Shown here one piece after another: positions 61,351 to 64,000 of a DNA stretch of 64,000 bases. The DNA lies in the NCBI GenBank assembly GCA_003218135.1, contig QHNQ01000023.1:341-64340 (forward strand), in the 5' to 3' direction. The position numbers and the translations under genes were made by a program. The notes under the pieces are model-generated. The model was not told the DNA's origin and ran no database searches. It worked only from the letters and a program-made list of their open reading frames with translations. The stretch comes from Verrucomicrobiota bacterium (lineage in GTDB: Bacteria; Verrucomicrobiota; Verrucomicrobiia; Chthoniobacterales; UBA10450). The number at the start of each line of letters is the position of its first letter. Positions within the stretch are counted from its first letter, which is position 1.

Positions 61351-63381
61351 ATGAATATTGATGATCCAAAATTGACAGCTTTCGCTTTGGACGAATTGGA
61401 TGAGCCGGAAAAATCCAGAATCGCACGAGCAGTGACTGAATCACCGGAGGCGCAGCGACTCGTCAATGAAACGCGCGAGCTGAGTGCTGCGCTCAAAAAC
61501 GAATTCGCCAGCGAACTGAAAGGTGAGAAAGCGCCGGCAAACGTGATCGATTTCCGCGATGATCCGTGGTTTTGGTCGATCGGACGGCCGCTGGCACTTG
61601 CCGCTGTGCTTGCGTTGTTAGCCCTCATTTCCAGCGTGGCTGTATTTTCATTCAGGCGCGAAAGCGTTCGGTTTGCCCAGGCGGAAGCAATCCGGCTTCC
61701 GTCAGTTCAACCGAAACTTCCCGACGTCGAAGGCGAGATTCAAGCGCCAATGGAAGTCCCTCCGCGTCCCGCAACGACCCCGTCTTCGAAACTTCCGCTT
61801 GCTGCTGGCGTTCCCGGCCAGGGGTACATGATTGGACGTGCTGCCAAAAGTTCGTCTGTCGGTTACGCGCTGAACAAAACGCTCACCCAGCCAGTTAGCC
61901 GCGAGGAAGCACTTCGCGGTATCCGTGAGCCGTCCGGAGATTTCAATACCGCGACTTACGATCACATCGGCGAGAACCCGTTTGTTGACGCGAAAGGTAA
62001 TCCACTTTCGACGTTTTCGATCGATGTGGACACCGCATCATATTCAAATGTGCGCCGGTTCATCAATGAAGGATCACTCCCGCCCAAGGACGCGGTGCGG
62101 GTCGAAGAGATGATTAACTACTTCACGTATGATTATCCGCAGCCGAGCGATGGCAGGCCGTTCGCGGTACATCTCGACGTTACGAGTTGCCCCTGGGAAA
62201 CATCGCATCGGCTGGTGCGGATCGGATTGAAAGGGAAAGAGATCGCTACGGATAAGCGCGGCCCGAGCAATCTGGTTTTCCTTCTCGATGTTTCGGGATC
62301 GATGACGCCGCCGGAACGACTGCCGCTGGTGAAACAAGCGATGCGATTGCTGGTCGAAAAGCTTACAGAGAACGATCGGGTGGCGATTGTAGTTTACGCA
62401 GGCGCTTCGGGATTGGCGCTACCATCAACCACAGGCGATCACAAGGAACACATTCTCGAAGCGCTTGAAAATTTGCAGGCTGGGGGTTCGACGAACGGCG
62501 CTGAAGGAATCCAACTGGCTTACAAAATTGCAGCAGACAATTTCATCAAAGGCGGTGTTAACCGCGTGATTCTAGCCACTGATGGCGATTTCAATGTAGG
62601 TGTCACAAGCCAGGGCGATCTGATCCGCTTGATCGAAGAGAGAGCGAAGACCGGTGTTTTCCTGAGTGTGCTTGGCGTCGGGACGGACAATCTGAAAGAC
62701 TCAACGATGCAGAAATTGGCCGATAAAGGGAACGGCAACTACGCCTATCTCGATTCACTCGATGAAGCGCGCAAGGTGCTCGTGCAACAGATGAACGGTA
62801 CGCTCGTGACGATCGCGAAGGACGTGAAGGTCCAGGTAGAGTTTAATCCGTCGCGCGTCGCTTCGTATCGCTTGATCGGATACGAGAAACGCATGTTGCG
62901 CAAGGAAGATTTTAACAACGACAAAGTAGATGCAGGAGAAATTGGCGCAGGCCACACTGTGACGGCGTTATACGAAGTAGTGCCGGTGGGGGCTAGCACC
63001 AACCCCGCGGCAAGCGTGCCGCCGGTCGATCAGCTTAAGTATTCGTCCAACGAAACACCAACATCTGCACAATCGACATCTTCCAACGAGATGCTCACCG
63101 TGAAGTTGCGTTATAAGAAAGCGGATGGGGACAAGAGCGAATTGGTCGAACGCGCGCTGACGGATACAGACGGAAAGTTTGAAAACGCGCCGGCCGATTT
63201 GAAGTTCGCCGCTGCCGTCGCTGAGTTTGGAATGATCTTGCGCGATTCTGAATATAAGGGAAATGGGACCTTTGCGACGGTCCTCGAATGGGCGGAAGAA
63301 GGAAAGGGCACCGACGCAAATGGCTATCGCTCTGGATTTATCGAACTGGTGCGCAAAGCGCAGGCGCTGAAACGAGGCTAG
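61351..63381 (+). CDS. anti-sigma-like N-terminus / TM helix / von Willebrand factor A domain protein (YfbK-like)
   Basis: The start is 1 nt after the sigma-factor stop. Contains LTAFALDELDE, then a TM helix, then FSIDVDTASYSNVRRFI...EEMINYF. MIDAS motif LDVSGSM plus GSTNG. The C-terminal DUF3520-like region ends EFGMILRDS. Confidence 0.8.
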   Translation: MNIDDPKLTAFALDELDEPEKSRIARAVTESPEAQRLVNETRELSAALKNEFASELKGEKAPANVIDFRDDPWFWSIGRPLALAAVLALLALISSVAVFSFRRESVRFAQAEAIRLPSVQPKLPDVEGEIQAPMEVPPRPATTPSSKLPLAAGVPGQGYMIGRAAKSSSVGYALNKTLTQPVSREEALRGIREPSGDFNTATYDHIGENPFVDAKGNPLSTFSIDVDTASYSNVRRFINEGSLPPKDAVRVEEMINYFTYDYPQPSDGRPFAVHLDVTSCPWETSHRLVRIGLKGKEIATDKRGPSNLVFLLDVSGSMTPPERLPLVKQAMRLLVEKLTENDRVAIVVYAGASGLALPSTTGDHKEHILEALENLQAGGSTNGAEGIQLAYKIAADNFIKGGVNRVILATDGDFNVGVTSQGDLIRLIEERAKTGVFLSVLGVGTDNLKDSTMQKLADKGNGNYAYLDSLDEARKVLVQQMNGTLVTIAKDVKVQVEFNPSRVASYRLIGYEKRMLRKEDFNNDKVDAGEIGAGHTVTALYEVVPVGASTNPAASVPPVDQLKYSSNETPTSAQSTSSNEMLTVKLRYKKADGDKSELVERALTDTDGKFENAPADLKFAAAVAEFGMILRDSEYKGNGTFATVLEWAEEGKGTDANGYRSGFIELVRKAQALKRG

Positions 63382-63384
63382 TCT

Positions 63385-64000
63385 TCAAATATTCTCAGCG
63401 GTCTCTGTCAAGGCGATCGGCTTCGTGCGCATCGCCAGAAAGGCGCCGACCAGCAGGATGGCGGCGCTCCAAACCTGAGCGTGAGTGAGTCGTTCGTGGT
63501 AAATCCAAGCGGAAAGCGCCATCGCGATCGCCGGGCAAAGAAGCTGGAGGGTTTGGGCCAGGGCAACTCCGATTTCATGGATCGCGACGTAATACAAGAC
63601 ATGGGCAAGCGTGATACAGGTCACAGCGGAAATGATAAGAATGAAGTTCGCCTGCACGCCCGCGTGGATGGGCGTGCCGATTTTGCCAAACGCGAGCGTG
63701 AGGGGCAAAAGCAACGCCGAGCTAATAAAGCTGACGATGCCGAAGCTGCGGATCGAGCCTAGTTGAGCTGATGGGCGTTTGATCAGAACGCCGTAAAGCG
63801 CCCAGCAAAATGTTGCAGTAAAAGCAATGAATAGTCCGGGCAGTGCGATATGCCCCGAAGGCGTTCGGGGTTGCGGGTTGGCCTGGAACCAGATCACGCC
63901 GAACGCGCCGATTAACCCGAGCAGTGTGCCAAGTTGAAATTGCCATTGCCGGATCACGAAGCGTTCCTCAGGAAAAAATGCCAGCGCCAAAAGCGCGGTG
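63385..64000 (-). CDS. DMT/EamA family transporter (5' end outside window)
   Basis: Hydrophobic EamA-type repeats. The frame stays open to the window edge beyond the TTG at 63990. Confidence 0.7.
   Translation of the reverse strand, partial: TALLALAFFPEERFVIRQWQFQLGTLLGLIGAFGVIWFQANPQPRTPSGHIALPGLFIAFTATFCWALYGVLIKRPSAQLGSIRSFGIVSFISSALLLPLTLAFGKIGTPIHAGVQANFILIISAVTCITLAHVLYYVAIHEIGVALAQTLQLLCPAIAMALSAWIYHERLTHAQVWSAAILLVGAFLAMRTKPIALTETAENI

Overview
This 64-kb window looks like ordinary bacterial chromosome at roughly 55% GC by eye. The gene content and the dense short palindromic repeat families are reminiscent of soil Verrucomicrobiota or other PVC-type genomes; that placement is inference, since no database search was possible. 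Most of the window is housekeeping: aguA (partial), gap-pgk-tpiA, miaA-hflX, nth, acpP, rpmB, birA-nadC, a standalone 5'-3' exonuclease, recA, alaS, hldD, proC, rmuC, a ctpA-like S41 protease, tsaD and ispA.

Accessory content:
- A sulfatase plus three sulfotransferase paralogs next to tRNA-Lys(UUU).
- A secreted serpin.
- A BtuB-like TonB-dependent receptor behind a cobalamin riboswitch.
- An ECF sigma / anti-sigma-vWA pair with a TonB-C protein.
- A Coq4-like protein divergent from a fused NirDL/AhbAB-like protein.
- Several uncharacterised membrane proteins.

The clearest non-genic signal is at least three families of short GC-rich palindromic (MITE/REP-like) repeats.
- One copy sits in frame inside tsaD.
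- Two 165-bp copies in inverted orientation bracket a 4.4-kb segment.
- Other copies sit inside the riboswitch leader or lengthen the 5' ends of ORFs.

No CRISPR array, rRNA, transposase, integrase or recognisable defence system was seen. All family assignments come from motif recognition by eye. Start codons are often uncertain.
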